NCBI GenBank assembly: GCA_030704615.1
Contig: CM060731.1
Coordinates: forward strand, 53,878,001 to 53,942,000
DNA: 64,000 bases
Source of the DNA: Takakia lepidozioides
Taxonomy: Eukaryota > Plantae > Bryophyta
Reading direction: 5' to 3'
The notes under the pieces are model-generated. The model was not told where the DNA came from, made no database searches, and worked only from the letters and a program-made list of their open reading frames with translations. Shown here piece by piece: positions 9,866 to 22,890 of this stretch (its first letter is position 1; the number at the start of each line of letters is the position of its first letter). The position numbers and the translations under genes were made by a program.

Positions 9866-12179
9866 TCACCCTGATCCATGGCGATGCGCCTCATTCCAAC
9901 ACGCACCAAGGCACAAGTGTTTGCCTTCACATCCAGGGCAATAGTAATGAGTGCGCAGATGACAAACACCACACAACCGCCTCTGCGTTGTGTGAAGGCA
10001 TTGAGGCACAAATGTGCAAGAACCATCGCCAGTGCCCTCCATGTTGTCTGTGCAGGTCCCTACTGTCAATGCATAAGCCAGCGCCAAATTGAACTCCAAA
10101 TGGCGCATGGCCCGCCGGCCCATCTTGGTGACATGGGCTGAATGCAAAATATATGCATTCACCATCGTTGTGTCCATTAGGAAGAAGAATAGCCGATGCC
10201 ACCACTTTTTTGTGCGCAGCTGCAAGTTGTACGCACCTCAAAGCTGGTCTTAGCATATCTACCCCTCACATGTATGTTTGGTACTGCACGTGTGCAGGAA
10301 CAAATGGCACTGACACTCTCTAGTGTCCCATGAACCATCTTACAGTCATAGGAGAAGAAGACCTACAGGCTAGCCTAGCTGCAGAAGAAAAAAGAAACGC
10401 CCCCTTCTTGTCCCACCACAAGCAGCAAGCTGCCTAGAAGCATGCATCTTGTACCATGACTGGCCTTGTTTGGTAGTCCTAGACTTTTTCATGGATAACA
10501 AAGAGGGAGGAAGGCCCTTCCTGTTTAGTCTAACTGTGCCAGTGGCCCAAGTGCCAACTTGGGCCAAGTCATAGAGAAGCTGCACCGAGGTGTAGTAATT
10601 GTTAGTGACATTTACATGCCCCAAACCATGCAATCCCGCAGCAAGCCTGGTGACAACATCATAACCCTCACCTTTGCCACTTTTTGGCCTTTCACCCTCA
10701 AGGCCCCCTGCATTCTTCCCACGGTAGATAGAGAAATCGTACACATAAGAAGTCTCTGAATTAGCCAACGCCCACACCTTTAATATGCCCCACTTGCATG
10801 GCTTCTTTGGCATGTACATCCTAATCGCACAATATTTCCCCTTGTAACGGATCATGACCTCGTCCACCGTCAACATCTTATGAAGATTCCACAACGATTT
10901 ACATCTAACAACTACTTCATCGCAAACCCACCTAAGCTTTCCCAACTTGTCAAAATTGGGACTTGAGCGATCAGAGACCAGAGTGGAATTATCAACTAGG
11001 TGCAGGCATCTAAGTATGCCTTCCCACCTGTCTCGGGTCATTACTTTGTGGATGACAGGGCAAGAGAAGAACACCTCAGAGTGTTGCCAGTAACAACGAG
11101 TACGGGGCAGCTTCTTCATGCCCATAAATACACACACACCAATCCAAGCCCGCAGTTCTGGAACCTGCAATTCCCTCCAACGACCCTCCACGAGTCCCTG
11201 TACCCAACACTTCACACGCATAGCGGTTGGATTCTCTGCAGATCCGCTCGAGTACAAATTGCCTCCAAAACATGTGAAAGAACCAAATAGGATTGGAACC
11301 CTTCATGTCAAGGAGGCAGGGCCTAGGTTCTGGGCCACTGAAAGCATCTTTGTCGCTTACAAAATTGATGCCCACTCCTTTTCCCCAGGTACAAGGCTTG
11401 AACACGTTGACAAAATCCAGGCTAGGTTCATCACCACCATCACACTCCATGTGAAGATTCTCAATGTCCCAATCAGCCTCGTTTGCCAAGTCCCCCACGT
11501 ACCCATCATCGTCCCCCAACAAATCATCGAAAGCTGAATGGGCCCCATCGTGCTGGCCAGCAGGAGCCGAAGAAGAAGCACCCACATTCAGGAACACACC
11601 CGTGTTGGGATGCGCAATCCCACGAGGGGAATCTGCACCGGCACCTGACTCAAAATTCCACCGTGACAATCAATGGCAAAGGCAGGACCTGCACACAATC
11701 TCCCAATTCCAGCATTCTCTCCACGGACGTTACTTCTTCTCCTCACTACACCCTTGGGAGGGGATGTCACATTTGCAAGAATATTTCTTTTTGCACGAGC
11801 CATTTCCTTCAGACGCCTGACTGTCGGCATCAGGCCAGACATCTTCTCTCAAAACTAGATTCACAATGTCACTAAAATCCTCTTTGTCTCCTTCATCTCA
11901 TCTTTCTCTCCAACCAAAAACAAGAGCGATTTGACGCCTAAATAGTAAGCAAAAATTGTGAGGACGTGAGTGATGAGGCCACCGATTCGCAAGTGGCGGT
12001 GGAGGCAAGGCTCTACACAAGAACTCAGGACATAGGCAACCTAAGATTACCTTGCACTGCTCCTCAGTGCAATGTTGTTTCCGAATTGCCCAATCTCTTA
12101 TAACCTCCGCTGCACCTGCAAGCTTGAGTGGAGGTGGTGGTGGCTCAGCTGCATCCAAGGCCTTCCGTTTAGATGCCAT
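9866..12179 (-). pseudogene. piggyBac transposase (DDE_Tnp_1_7-like), frameshifted
   Basis: MTRDRWEGILRCLHLVDN, LTVDEVMIRYKG...YMPKKPCKWG, TNNYYTSV (second catalytic D appears mutated to N), GTVRLNRKGLP, GVD, KKWWHRLFFFLMD and a C-terminal cysteine-rich domain CGVC...CPGC...LC..ACWNEAH. Confidence 0.92.
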
Positions 12180-13023
12180 CCATTCCCTAACCCCCACACA
12201 GATCACCCCAACTCACCCCAATGAGTGCAAGCCTATGTAGAAAACAAGCGACATGAAGATACAGAAATGCAGCAGTACACATGAACACACACAAAAGCAA
12301 CGTGCATTAGCATCTGTGACGGCAGGCAGTACAAGCAGCAACGCCTCCAAATTGAACCCTAACAGCATCGTGAATGCACAAAAAACAGCAAGATCAAGTT
12401 CCAAGGCCATAACTCGCAAAACGGAACAGCTCCAGCTGGTTTCCTGCATGGAAAATATGCGGCTGTGCAGCTCGAGCTGCTCTCATAATGAGCACACATA
12501 GAAGGCCCCCCCCCAATCCCCTCCATGCGACAATGGCAAAAACAAGCACAACAAAAATACAAAGCAGTGACAATCGAGAGAAATGCCCGTAAGGAAGGTG
12601 TAAGGAAGGTTGGAGACTGTGCACTGGAAGATACCCCGCCGCTCCTGCCACCTGTCGGGCCCTATCATCATCATTATTTTGGGTGCCTGGGTGTGTCCGC
12701 ACGGGCGGACATGCAGCCCCATGGTGGCACCCATCGCCGGCTTTTGATTGCCCCCTCAACCCTTTAGCCTGCCACATCACTAGGTCACAGGTGTTGGAGG
12801 GCCCTGAACCACCCAATTTTGGGTACCCCTGTACACTGAAAAAAAATGGCTAACGGTAGGGCTTTTATTATTTTAGGGTGCCATACAGACAGGCAGGTGC
12901 ATGACATCAAGGCGCACAACTTTCGTTCGGAAAGTTTTTTCATCCTAGGTCATCCGACGGTTTTACATCGTGGATGATTTCTGACGCGACCCGAAACGGG
13001 TCGCGTCGTCCATTAGGGGTTAA

Positions 13024-14260
13024 TAGATGTCCAGGGTTAATAGATGTCCCCTATTTTTAAAAAGTGCATTTGGATGACCAAAAAGCACGATATTTTTTTT
13101 TGCCTACATGTGAAGCTCGGTTACTGTCTTTTGATGCCCAAACGAGCTATGGATCATAAATGGACCTCGAAATGGAGTCATCTGGCGCATTACCCAATTC
13201 CTTGGAAATCAGTTTGGAATGATGTCTGGAAGAAAAACATATCAACCAAAACATCTTTCTTTCTCTGGAAGCTGATGAACCGTATCCTTCCTGTCTCCTC
13301 TGTTTTTGAAAATGACACCATATGCTTGCCTTTCTTCTTCCTTGCAGGTGCCCTAAACAATTGAACATTGTTTTGTTCATTGTCCATTTGCAGCCACGGT
13401 CTAGCATCACTTAAGCTCTACTCCAACTGGAACTGTCACATTCAGCTCTCCATTTCCATTGTCTTGCTTAATGTGAAGGATGGGGTGATATTCAGGTCCT
13501 ATCCGGTTTGGGATGCCTTGTGCGTGCCCTTTTTCTTTGGCACATTTGGAAAGTGAAGTGCTCCTTATTGTTTGACAGAGAAACGGCCCCTTGCATTAGG
13601 AATGTGATTTACAGGGTTCACTTAGACATGATGTCTGAAGCTAGAAAAGCGTGGTGTGTGGTGCTTGCAGCTCTTCAAAGATGTGGTGACAGGAGGAGGA
13701 ATTGACTCCTCTCGTCTTTCGACTCTTCCTGGGGAAATGGAGGCATCTTCTGCATGCGCCTTACATATACAAGAGTGGAATGGCACGACGCCATCCCTGC
13801 CTGCTGGGAGCTCTCTTAGTGCCAAGCATTCCCCCACCGACTGTGATGAGCCAGAGGTGAATTGGCGCCACCGCCGCAGCTTGAGGAAGGGGAAACCCAA
13901 ACTTCAGCTCTCCTTCGATCACCCAAAGCGCAAGCGAGGTAGCTTCTAGGATCTCGTAAATCTCTCATCTCTCTTTGTTTCAGCACTCAGTGGCTTTGGT
14001 GCTTCCTTGGTGTTGTTTTATCCTTATCTCTTCTTCTTAATTCTGAGCTTGTTTTAGAGCTTCTCTGCTTCTCTAACCTTCTTCAGGCTCTCTATGTCGT
14101 CCTTCTGGTCCTAGCTTCAAAGCTTCTACGCTTTTGTAGCTCTCTTTCAGTTCTATCTTTCACCTGCACTTGGCTCGGAGCGGAGTCTCGTCTATAATCA
14201 ACCTTCATGGCATGTGCAAGGTTATTTTTTCCTTGATTCATAAAGTTTTTATTTATTTAT
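13024..14260 (+). mobile_element. LINE (L1-like) 3' remnant with zf-RVT region
   Basis: WKSVWNDVWKKNISTKTSFFLWKLMNRILPV and LWHIWKVKCSLLFD. C-terminus EVNWRHRRSLRKGKPKL is shared with the copy at 20205-21400. Confidence 0.7.
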
Positions 14261-14910
14261 TGGCTCCTCCCTCGAGAGGAGACCACCCATCAGTGTAAAA
14301 GTGGGAGAAGATCCTGACATACCTTCACTAGAAAACACCCAAACATATAAGGAGAAATACCTTCACAAGTTAAGATTGCTCTTGATTAGAGATCATCAAA
14401 TATGAAGCACCTGCTTATGAAGAAATGTAAAATGGGTGACTGAAAAATGAGAAACGTGATAAGTGTGTTGTCATGGATTAATGTCGGAACCCTAGCTTGG
14501 AAACATAAGTTATTAGTCAGTGTAGAAGGGTGATGCCAAGGGCTCCCTCGTCCTCCTCTTGGCCTCGCGAGTGTTTTGCTTCTGCAGCGTGTCCTCTAAT
14601 CTCTTTATTTGTTTGTTGCATTTTGTGATTACGGATTTCACCTGGCCTATGAGTGTGAGAACATCTGTTGTTTCGAATCTGGAAAGAAACCTCACTTGGG
14701 CGTTGTTGCATACGATGGTGTAAGGCGAGGCTAGCGGGGGAGCACGAAACCTCGATATGCACACCACTCCTCGTAGCACACGCTTTGTCTATGCAATACC
14801 ATGTTGGTTACATAGAAATCAATTAATGGTCACTAGATCATTTCTAATGCATAAGGCAGCTCATGTGTTCAAACATGAGGCGAGGGGGAGGGAAGAGATC
14901 CCATCATAAC

Positions 14911-15112
14911 CACTACAGGAAAAGGGGGGGGGTTTGCGACGCCGCGGCGTCGTAAAACAGCCCTTTTCGGGCAGGGGAAAACCCAAATTTGCGACGCCCC
15001 GGCGTCGCCAAAAAACGGTCGCAAATTTGCGACCAATGGGGGTTGCAAATAGGTGAAACCACGATTTGCGACGCCGGCGCGGTTTGCGACGTCCGGGCGT
15101 TGGAAAGGAGGG

Positions 15113-15146
<34 letters not shown>

Positions 15147-16136
15147 ACTCTGCAATGTTGAATTAGCACCGTCCGGGGGTCGCAAAGTGTGACGCCCGGA
15201 CGTCACAATTTAAGGGGGTACATTTGAATTTAGGCGGAAAAATTTGAATTTGAAATTTGAATTTCAAAAACTTGTTGACCATTGACTCCGGTTCTCTCTA
15301 ATGGCGATATGTTCATTGTTCTACATACATCATGCAATGCAATGCATACTTGAACCTAAGACCTCCACGTTATAATATTTCTAAGACACTACAAACTAAT
15401 CAACACACCTATGTTACATCTATGTATCACAAAAGCAATCTAAATATATATATACACATATAAAGATTTCCTTCCAGAGCCTTCAAGTTCCTTCTAAGGG
15501 GGTCTCTCTTGTGACGCCGGAGAGTTGCAACCTCTACAACCTTAGTACCCAGCCCTAGCCCCAACCCCAGCATCATCGCCGTTGTTGCACCCCCCCCCAC
15601 CGCCAAACGCCCTAAGCGACGTCTTTGTGATGACCTAAGCTGACCACAACACCATTGCGACCCCTGTGGCGACGCCATTGCGACCCCCTGGCGTCGCAAC
15701 GTTGGGCGTCCCAGTGCGGGGCGCCCCCATCGACGTTTTTGTGAAGTGAGGATCGCAAAGTCCAAAAAAAGAAAAAAAAGAAAAAAAAAACTCCCACTAT
15801 GGTGATGCTGTTGCGACGCCCTGGCGTCGCAGAGGCGCTGGGGCGTCCTTAGTGACGTTTTTGCGACACCGAGGCGTCGCAACGTCCCAAAAATAAAAAT
15901 AAAATATATATATAGTTCCGACGCCTGGGCTTCACAAGAAAAAAAAACCGTCGAAGCGAGGGCCCTTTCCCCCTTCATACCACCTTACAACGGCTAGACG
16001 TCGTAATGTGTCGCAGCGGGGGATTGCGACGCCGGGGCATCGCAAACAAACGTCGCGGGCTCGGCATCACAGGCTCAGCGCCGCGCGGGGCATGGGGGCG
16101 CGGCTGGCGTCACAAACCCCTCCATTTGCTGTAGTG
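14911..16136. mobile_element. Non-autonomous CACTA (EnSpm) element
   Basis: CACTACAG...CTGTAGTG termini, 3-bp TSD AAC (14908-14910, 16137-16139) and many subterminal GCGACGCC-NN-GGCGTCGC palindromes. Confidence 0.93.
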
Positions 16137-16846
16137 AACGGCCCTGGTAATGGATGGGATAAGGGTCGTCATCACTGGAGGTTTCACCCACTAGAATATG
16201 CAGTTCAGGCAAAAAATTCCCATATGCCTCGTATACATCTGCCTGCGGGACAGGATTGTTCTGTTGTGTGTCCGTGACACTCCAAAAGGATGTGCATAAA
16301 GCAGTCCAAAATGAATATTCTCCTTTTGTTTTTTGGGCTGTTGTGTAGTTATGCAAGTTGCAGGTTGGTTGGAGCCAGAAAGAGAGTGAGACAGAGATTC
16401 ACCATCAAGAATAACCATTTGGATAGAAGTACACATAGGGGTCTCGAGCAAGTATTTAAGGTAAAATTCATAGTATGCGGGCGTCCTCATAGACTGTGAA
16501 GTGTTATAATCTTACCTTACAGGAATCATCGTCATGTCATTTGGTTAGGGGGAATGCTAGAACATGAGCGTGGCGCCATGAGCGTGGGCTCACAGCCACG
16601 TGGGCTCACAATCACTTTGTCTGTGTCATTTAACGTGGGACCCGATGATTTTCACAATGTCAGCTATTGGGGATTATTGAACGATAATGGGATTTACTGA
16701 ATTATTTTGTCTGTGTCGTTTTCACATTGCTTTTCATCCCCTAAACAGATGTGGCTTTGTGCTCTTTTTATTGCTCAGCCAAAGCGTGTGGAGAAGGAGG
16801 CCCTATAGCCAAGGATGGGACAAGATGGGCATATTTCCGTGGAAAC

Positions 16847-17442
16847 CACTTGGGCGGATATAGAGTCATCAGGATATCAATAGTAGGATATCAACCCGGA
16901 TATCAATGTATCCGGATCCGGATAAGGCAACTATTTGATATCCGAATATTATTTATATCCGGCGGATACATAAAACGGAGGATCTGGATAGGATCCTACC
17001 CGCGGGATATAAAAAAGTTTAATAACCGGATTGTATCCGGATATGTAGCCAAAATACCGGATACAAGAAAATAAAATATTAATATTAATATTAATATTTT
17101 ATTAGAATTTTAATAATTTAAATTGATTAAATAAAATTTAAATAAAATTACGAGTAAATCTCAATAAAGTTAAATCAGGGCTACAATCCCCCTGTTTAAC
17201 AAAAAATTATATTTCATGATTATTTATATCCGGATTACTCTATAACCGCCGGATATTAAAATCTAAATATCCCGACTTATTTATATCCGACAGATTTTTA
17301 AAAACTTCCACTATACATAACCGGCGGATATTAGAAATGCAAATTATTCTAATATCCGGATCCGCAGGATATATCATTCACTAATTTGTCAAGTATCCGG
17401 ACCCGGCAGATATTAAAAAAAACTAAGAACCGCCCAACACTG
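16847..17442. mobile_element. hAT-like MITE nested in element 2
   Basis: Right end CCGCCCAACACTG, degenerate left end CACTTGGGCGG, dense ATCCGG/CCGGAT subterminal motifs and an AT-rich core. TSD not conserved. Confidence 0.55.
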
Positions 17443-17680
17443 GTTATAAGCCCAATCCACCACTCCCGAGATGGCCAAGTGGAATTATATGTAGAAAGTG
17501 AGGACATGCAAGCATGACATATTTGAAATGCAGAATGGCTTCATACATTGAGTTCGACGATATGCGGTCGATCGCACCCACAAATGCCCGGGTGAAACAC
17601 ATATTGAAATGTTCCAATATGGCCTACTTGTAGTACTGAACATTCCTGATAAGTACTAAGACCCCCAAGCTATAGGAACA

Positions 17681-17990
17681 TTATCCCCAAGAGTACAAAG
17701 ACAAGCACATCAATACGGTAGTAACCAAAAGAGTCTCCACTTCACCGAATCCAAACGTGGCCTGGTGAATGAACTGGTCTATTTGGGGTCGCAGTACATT
17801 ATCTGCAGATATAGGTAGTAGAGATGCTACAGGGGACCCACTTCCAGGCTCTCGTCCCGAGACTGCCCTCACGCATCTCTGGATATGTAAAAATTTCCCC
17901 ATTGTAACCTGATATGCTCTGTCGTGAATAACAGACCCTGAAGTGACCAATGTGTACACCCGCCGGGGCTAGGACTTCACCCACCCCTGC
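17681..17990 (-). pseudogene. SWIM gene 3' remnant, paralogous to 2829-3347
   Basis: YTLVTSGSVIHDRAYQVTMGKF...DQFIHQATFGFGEVETLL versus FTIITSTSAVHDRTYDITVSNF...DNFIHQATMSFNEVDTLL. Confidence 0.8.
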
Positions 17991-18149
17991 ATAATTCTTG
18001 TTGACTCCATCTTGCAATCGTGATCTGCATCTGAAGGGGCACAACGAACTATTTTCCCATTTCTCTTTGTTGGATGTAAAAGTCTCGCTGTGAAAGTTTC
18101 CTTTTGCAAGAGCTTGTTGTTCAATACAGAGGTTGTTTTTTAGTCTGGA

Positions 18150-18490
18150 AACTGAGTGCATTGATGGACTCAGATTTAGGAGCACATTGAGGGAAGAGAG
18201 AAGATGGTGACATGGGAAGAACTGTTGCTTAGCTGCTATTCATTAAGGAGCTCTTTTGTGAGTCTAGAAACTGAGTGCGTTGACGCTCTCAGTTTTAAGA
18301 TCACCAAGTTTTAAGAGCACCATGGAGAGGGAGAGAGAAGAAAGAGAACTATTTTCTGTTGGAGCTCCTTTACATCTCCTTTATGAGTGAAGAAATTGGG
18401 TGCGTTGACACACTCATTTCTATCCAAGGATTTTTATTTTTTATTTTTATTTTTTGGGCTAGAACTGAGTGCGTCAACGCACCCAATTTT
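18150..18490. repeat. Four spaced palindromes in element 2
   Basis: CTGAGTGCGTTGACGCACTCAG-type copies at ~18152, 18271, 18397 and 18466. Confidence 0.75.
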
Positions 18491-20204
18491 TGGGTTGACG
18501 ATGATGATGAACAGTGGCATATTTCCACAGAAAATAGGTGTTGAACCGCAGTAATAGGCCCTTCATCTTCGACCACTTTGACGCCAGCTGGGCTAGGCTC
18601 ACATGCTCACGCGGTAAATAGGTCCTCTGTACTTGTGGTGTCCGCCGCGGTTATAGACCCATCAGGTATAGGAACCATTTCTTCTGTAAGTGGGCCCAAG
18701 GTGACGTGGCGGAGGTACATTCTGATGTGGCACTGTTGTATGTGGGCTCACACGCTACGCTCACGCTGTAGCGTCGCTGTTTGGTTAGGGTTTGATGCAG
18801 AGTATTAGTTCAGACAGTTTTCTCATGTCTACAAAACAATTCCATATCCAGCTCTGTGATTCCAGACAAGAACTATGTGGTGTGTTGGTAATGGGAGTTG
18901 TCATTTGGGGGAGCAGCCTAAAGATTTACAATTCACTTGTGGAGAGATATTTGTGTCACAAACACCACTTGGGTACAAATTGGCAAGGGAGTCAAAATGA
19001 GTAGATCACTTTGCCTAAACCCACCTGAAGTGTCCATGTAGGAAGGGGCTGTGAAATTTTCAACATGGCTGAAGCCAACATCATTGGTGCCTGAGGAAGA
19101 CAGCGCCTAGAAGACATATTAAAGTCTCTTCCTACAAAAAGATGTGACAATAGCCATTGTTATGTTATTTCTCCCTTGTTCATATAGTGCAAAGGCAGCC
19201 GCTCACGTGCCAGCATTGAACATAGAGGGTAAACCAAGCTTGTTTGGAAAGCGCCGGCTGTATACCTTTGGCTTCTGTATATTTTCAATGATGTCCACTA
19301 TGCAGAGGTCTTTTCTCTTTCAACTGGAAAGATACCCACTTCGATTCTACGTCAAGATAATTAGTCATATCACTGTAAATAGATAGACGGTGCATGACTT
19401 GTCAGATAGGGAGCATGTCGTCACATACGATTGAAAGAAGTTCTACAGACTTTAAACCAAAGAGCCATTTCAGCAGATTCAAGTGCTTATAATATTTTAG
19501 TACCTCAAATTTTCAGTATTTCAATATCTCAATCAAGATTTTTAGCAAGTATTTCCGTATTTCAGCCAGATTCTCAACAAGTATTTTAATATTTTAGCTA
19601 GTTCGTCAACAAGTATTTCAATATTTCAGTTAGTATTTCAATACCAGCATATCAATATTTTAATAAATAATAAATCTGAAGATCAAGTTGTCATACATTA
19701 ATAATTTAATTCATTCATCAATAAAGTTCTGCCAGAGCCTTCGTTCCCGGCTTTATAAATAAATAAATAATATTTTTCCTTATGCAGAACATGTTTAAAA
19801 TAATGATAGTTTGAATATGTGATTGCCTTATTTCAATATAACATTTTAAGGAAACTTGCTACTGAGACTTTTAGGGTGGAGCCATTACGCGACTAGCCGT
19901 TTGTTTATTTTTTGCTTATTTTTTTATTACATAAAATGGGACAGTGGCCTCAACTTTATAGATATTGGACACAAATCGTCCGACATTACATAAAGGAAAA
20001 AATAACCTCTTAAAGAGTGCCATGAAGGCTAATCAAGGAAGACCTTGCTTCGTAAACCACACATACAAAGGGAAGAGGAAAAAATGGATCTGCTTATGTG
20101 AAAGCACAAATGAGCATGATTCTAGAGTAGAAGCAAGATCAAGAAAACTATTTCTAAACGAAGTTACAAACTACCTCTTTTCCTTTTGAGAGGTTCAAAG
20201 GATA

Positions 20205-21400
20205 CTAAGCTTTGGACCTACCTTTTCTAATAGACCTACCATGCCTCCAATTGACCTCATGATCCTCACCCTCAACTGGAGAATGTCTCGCACTATGCAA
20301 GCTGGCAGTTTGCAAGGATGTCATCATTCCATTGAATTCGAGAATATGATTCTCTTGAACAGACGTGAGCCCCCTTTCCCCAGGTGTTGTCAAATTCCTG
20401 GAGAAGAAGCCGCCGTCTTCTTTGGCCACATCCGCAAATAACTTCCCGCAAAACCCGCCATGCATTACGAGCCTCAGACAACATGTCTGAGTGAATTTTG
20501 TGCAAAATGGACCCCACCCTAATCAGTTTGCCACCAAAGACTAAGGAACAATGAGCTTTCCAGATATTCCACAACGTGTGGGCTCTGAGAACAGCCCACA
20601 CAGGGCAAGAAGACCAGAGAGTACCATCAGTAAAATTAAGAAGGATAATAGATGGAACAATAGAAGAGAGAGCTTTCCAGTGGGAATAAAAGGAGAGAAC
20701 CTTCCACCAAACCCTTTGAGCAATATGACAGAATAAGAAGCAATGTTCCAAGTCTCAGGGATTTGATGATGATAGGAAATGCAGACAGACGGGGGATCGG
20801 AAATGTAACTAAACACCGGCAGGATGCGGTTGGTTAACTTCCAAAGGAACCCACTAATCTTGGCTGCATGTTGTTTGATCCAAACATCCTTCCAAATTAT
20901 CTTCCAGGATGTAGGAGAGTCATGTAGGTGAGACCACTTTCTAGTCCATTTCTGATCCAAAGAGAGCGAAAGGCTTTAGCAAAAAATAGCCCATCTTAAT
21001 ATTATATGCAAAGAAGGGGGAGCGATTGGAGTCAGTCCAGCTCCATTCACTCAGGATCGAAGTGTAATAGAGAGAGCGGGACATTCAGAAACCACATGAG
21101 ATTGGCATTGGTGTGAGTCCCATCATGGATAACAGGATTTACCTTGCCGGAAGCAAGCCAACAAACCCGAATAGCAAACAACAAACTCTCAGGGAAAGTA
21201 AAGAAGAAAGGGGAATGCAGTAGACCGTTCGGAAAACCCTTGAAGGCCCAACCCTGCAGCAAATCTCTCAGCCTGCGAATTGCGAAAATGCAATTTTGGA
21301 CTGAACTCCCAACCAAGCAGGAAGGCATCGCTAATTAGGAGGATAGAGGTTTAGGGAGATCCAAGAAAAAGGCAGATCTTGAGTGACAGTATCCCAACCA
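20205..21400 (-). mobile_element. LINE (L1-like) 3' remnant with zf-RVT region
   Basis: WKIIWKDVWIKQHAAKISGFLWKLTNRILPV, ETLEHCFLFCHIAQRVW and LWNIWKAHCSLVFGG. Confidence 0.8.
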
Positions 21401-22238
21401 GCTCTAGCACCCCTACAAGTAGATAGATAAAGTTTCTAAAGGGCCACTGTCCCCTTTTCATTAAGAAAAAAGAAAAAAACATTTGGGCGAGAGTAAGGCA
21501 TTCTAGCATCCTCTCCTATGAGTCGCTACGGATAGTGCTCCACGCCAATACATCATTTCCCAATATTTACTATGATATGTTTCCTATATTGTTTAAACAA
21601 TATCTTATGAGTCTTCACGCACACAAACCAATACATGATTGAGTGAGCCCCGGACCAGACAATGCTGGCCACAGCCAAACAATGAATTAATTAAAGATAA
21701 AATTTCATGTGTAGCTTGGGATGACTCACGATTGGAGGCAACTAGCCTGCTCCACCCAGTGTAAGCCCTAAACAACAACAACAATAAGGAATGCGAAGAG
21801 CGATGTGTAATTAGGAGATTTGAAGCCCACAACGGAGTTGTAATGAGAGCAAGAGCTGCTCTCAGCAAAGTGTGTTGGAAAGAGGCACAACGGGTTTGAC
21901 CAACTTATTATGAGGCCTAGTAATAAGTACTTAGTCGGTAGCAATGTAAGTTATTAGAAGACTTGCGGTGTGCAGCGTGGGTGATACAAGCGAGGGCGTC
22001 CATCTCCAACTTGTGCTATGGCGACGTGGCTCACTACTTTCCATGTTTCTATGGCCTACAGGGTTTAGGGTTGAAGGCTCACTTTTATTTGGTGCCAGAC
22101 AGGGCGGACCCAGCCTTTCATTCCCACACATTCCAGGCTTTGGAGAAACTTTTCGAGTGCAAGAGAGAGAAAGAGAGATAGAGAGAGAGAGGGAAGTACT
22201 CATGAGACTTTGTTTGCCGTAGCCTTGTGGCCTCTGTG

Positions 22239-22303
<65 letters not shown>

Positions 22304-22305
22304 GG
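22239..22305. repeat. (GA)n microsatellite followed by a G run
   Basis: Directly visible. Confidence 0.95.
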
Positions 22306-22890
22306 AGCGGTGGGGGCTAAAGAAGTTCGAAGGTATAAATAGAGTACAGGGTCCTGATAAGAAGATTCTGCAGCAGGGGAGGGGCTCCGGGTCTGGACCC
22401 ATGATAGAATATTGTGCATTGGGAGCATCAATCACCCAAATTCATGCACACTCTTGTTTCTCAACCCCCCGGTCTGGTGTGATGCTCAAGGTTTTTTGCT
22501 TTCAAGCGCAAAGGCGCCTGCTTTCGAAGCCTGACCTTCGATATGGACAACGTCTTTTCAAGCAAATGGAGTTCTCCCCTCAGCTTTCTAAACTAAACTT
22601 TGATGGTGAATTTGTAACGCAACGGGTAAAAGAGAGAGAGTGTGAAGAGACTGCATGAGAAGGCACACTGGATTGTGTAACAGGAACGCACACATTTTGG
22701 TTGCAAGCAGTAGCAATTAAATACAAGGAGTGATCGCTAGTGGTCACCTTAACTTCCCTGATATCTCTCCTGATTTATCTGTGTCACCGTTACCATTTCC
22801 TAGTTATAGGAATCTTGACATGCTAACTGCTATCAATCAGCCGGGGAGTTTGCATGAGGTGGCATACTGTACCATTTTTAACACTCCCAC

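Larger units (their letters stand above)
1308..13019 (-). mobile_element. piggyBac-superfamily DNA transposon (about 4.4 kb once the nested element is removed)
   Basis: Perfect 14-bp TIR CCCCTAATGGACGA at 1308-1321 with its reverse complement at 13006-13019. TTAA follows on the right (13020-13023) and TTAC precedes on the left (1304-1307). Encloses a piggyBac transposase. Confidence 0.85.
16549..18779. mobile_element. Deleted relative of element 1 (element 2)
   Basis: Direct repeat TTTGGTTAG at 16540-16548 and 18780-18788. Right end (reverse complement) CAGCGACGCTACAGCGTGAG matches the element 1 left end at 15/20. Contains a remnant of the same SWIM gene. Confidence 0.75.
14513..18810 (-). 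pseudogene. Possible lipoxygenase C-terminal remnant, interrupted by the CACTA MITE and element 2
   Basis: Fragments YSASNPNQ..MIP, TPAYYEFYLKYLLETP...SLSHS and VKSVITKCNKQIKRLEDTLQKQN...PFY loosely follow the order of plant LOX C-terminal motifs. By-eye and weak. Confidence 0.25.

Noticed and set aside
1308-13019. Giant piggyBac carrying SWIM and methyltransferase genes as its own cargo
   Set aside because: The cargo is bounded by its own 9-bp TSD and ends and splits a piggyBac tandem repeat, so it is a nested element.
21931-22658. ORFs with SLSLSL/ERERER runs
   Set aside because: Translations of the (GA)n microsatellite; only the part from 22401 is considered as possible helicase 5' sequence.
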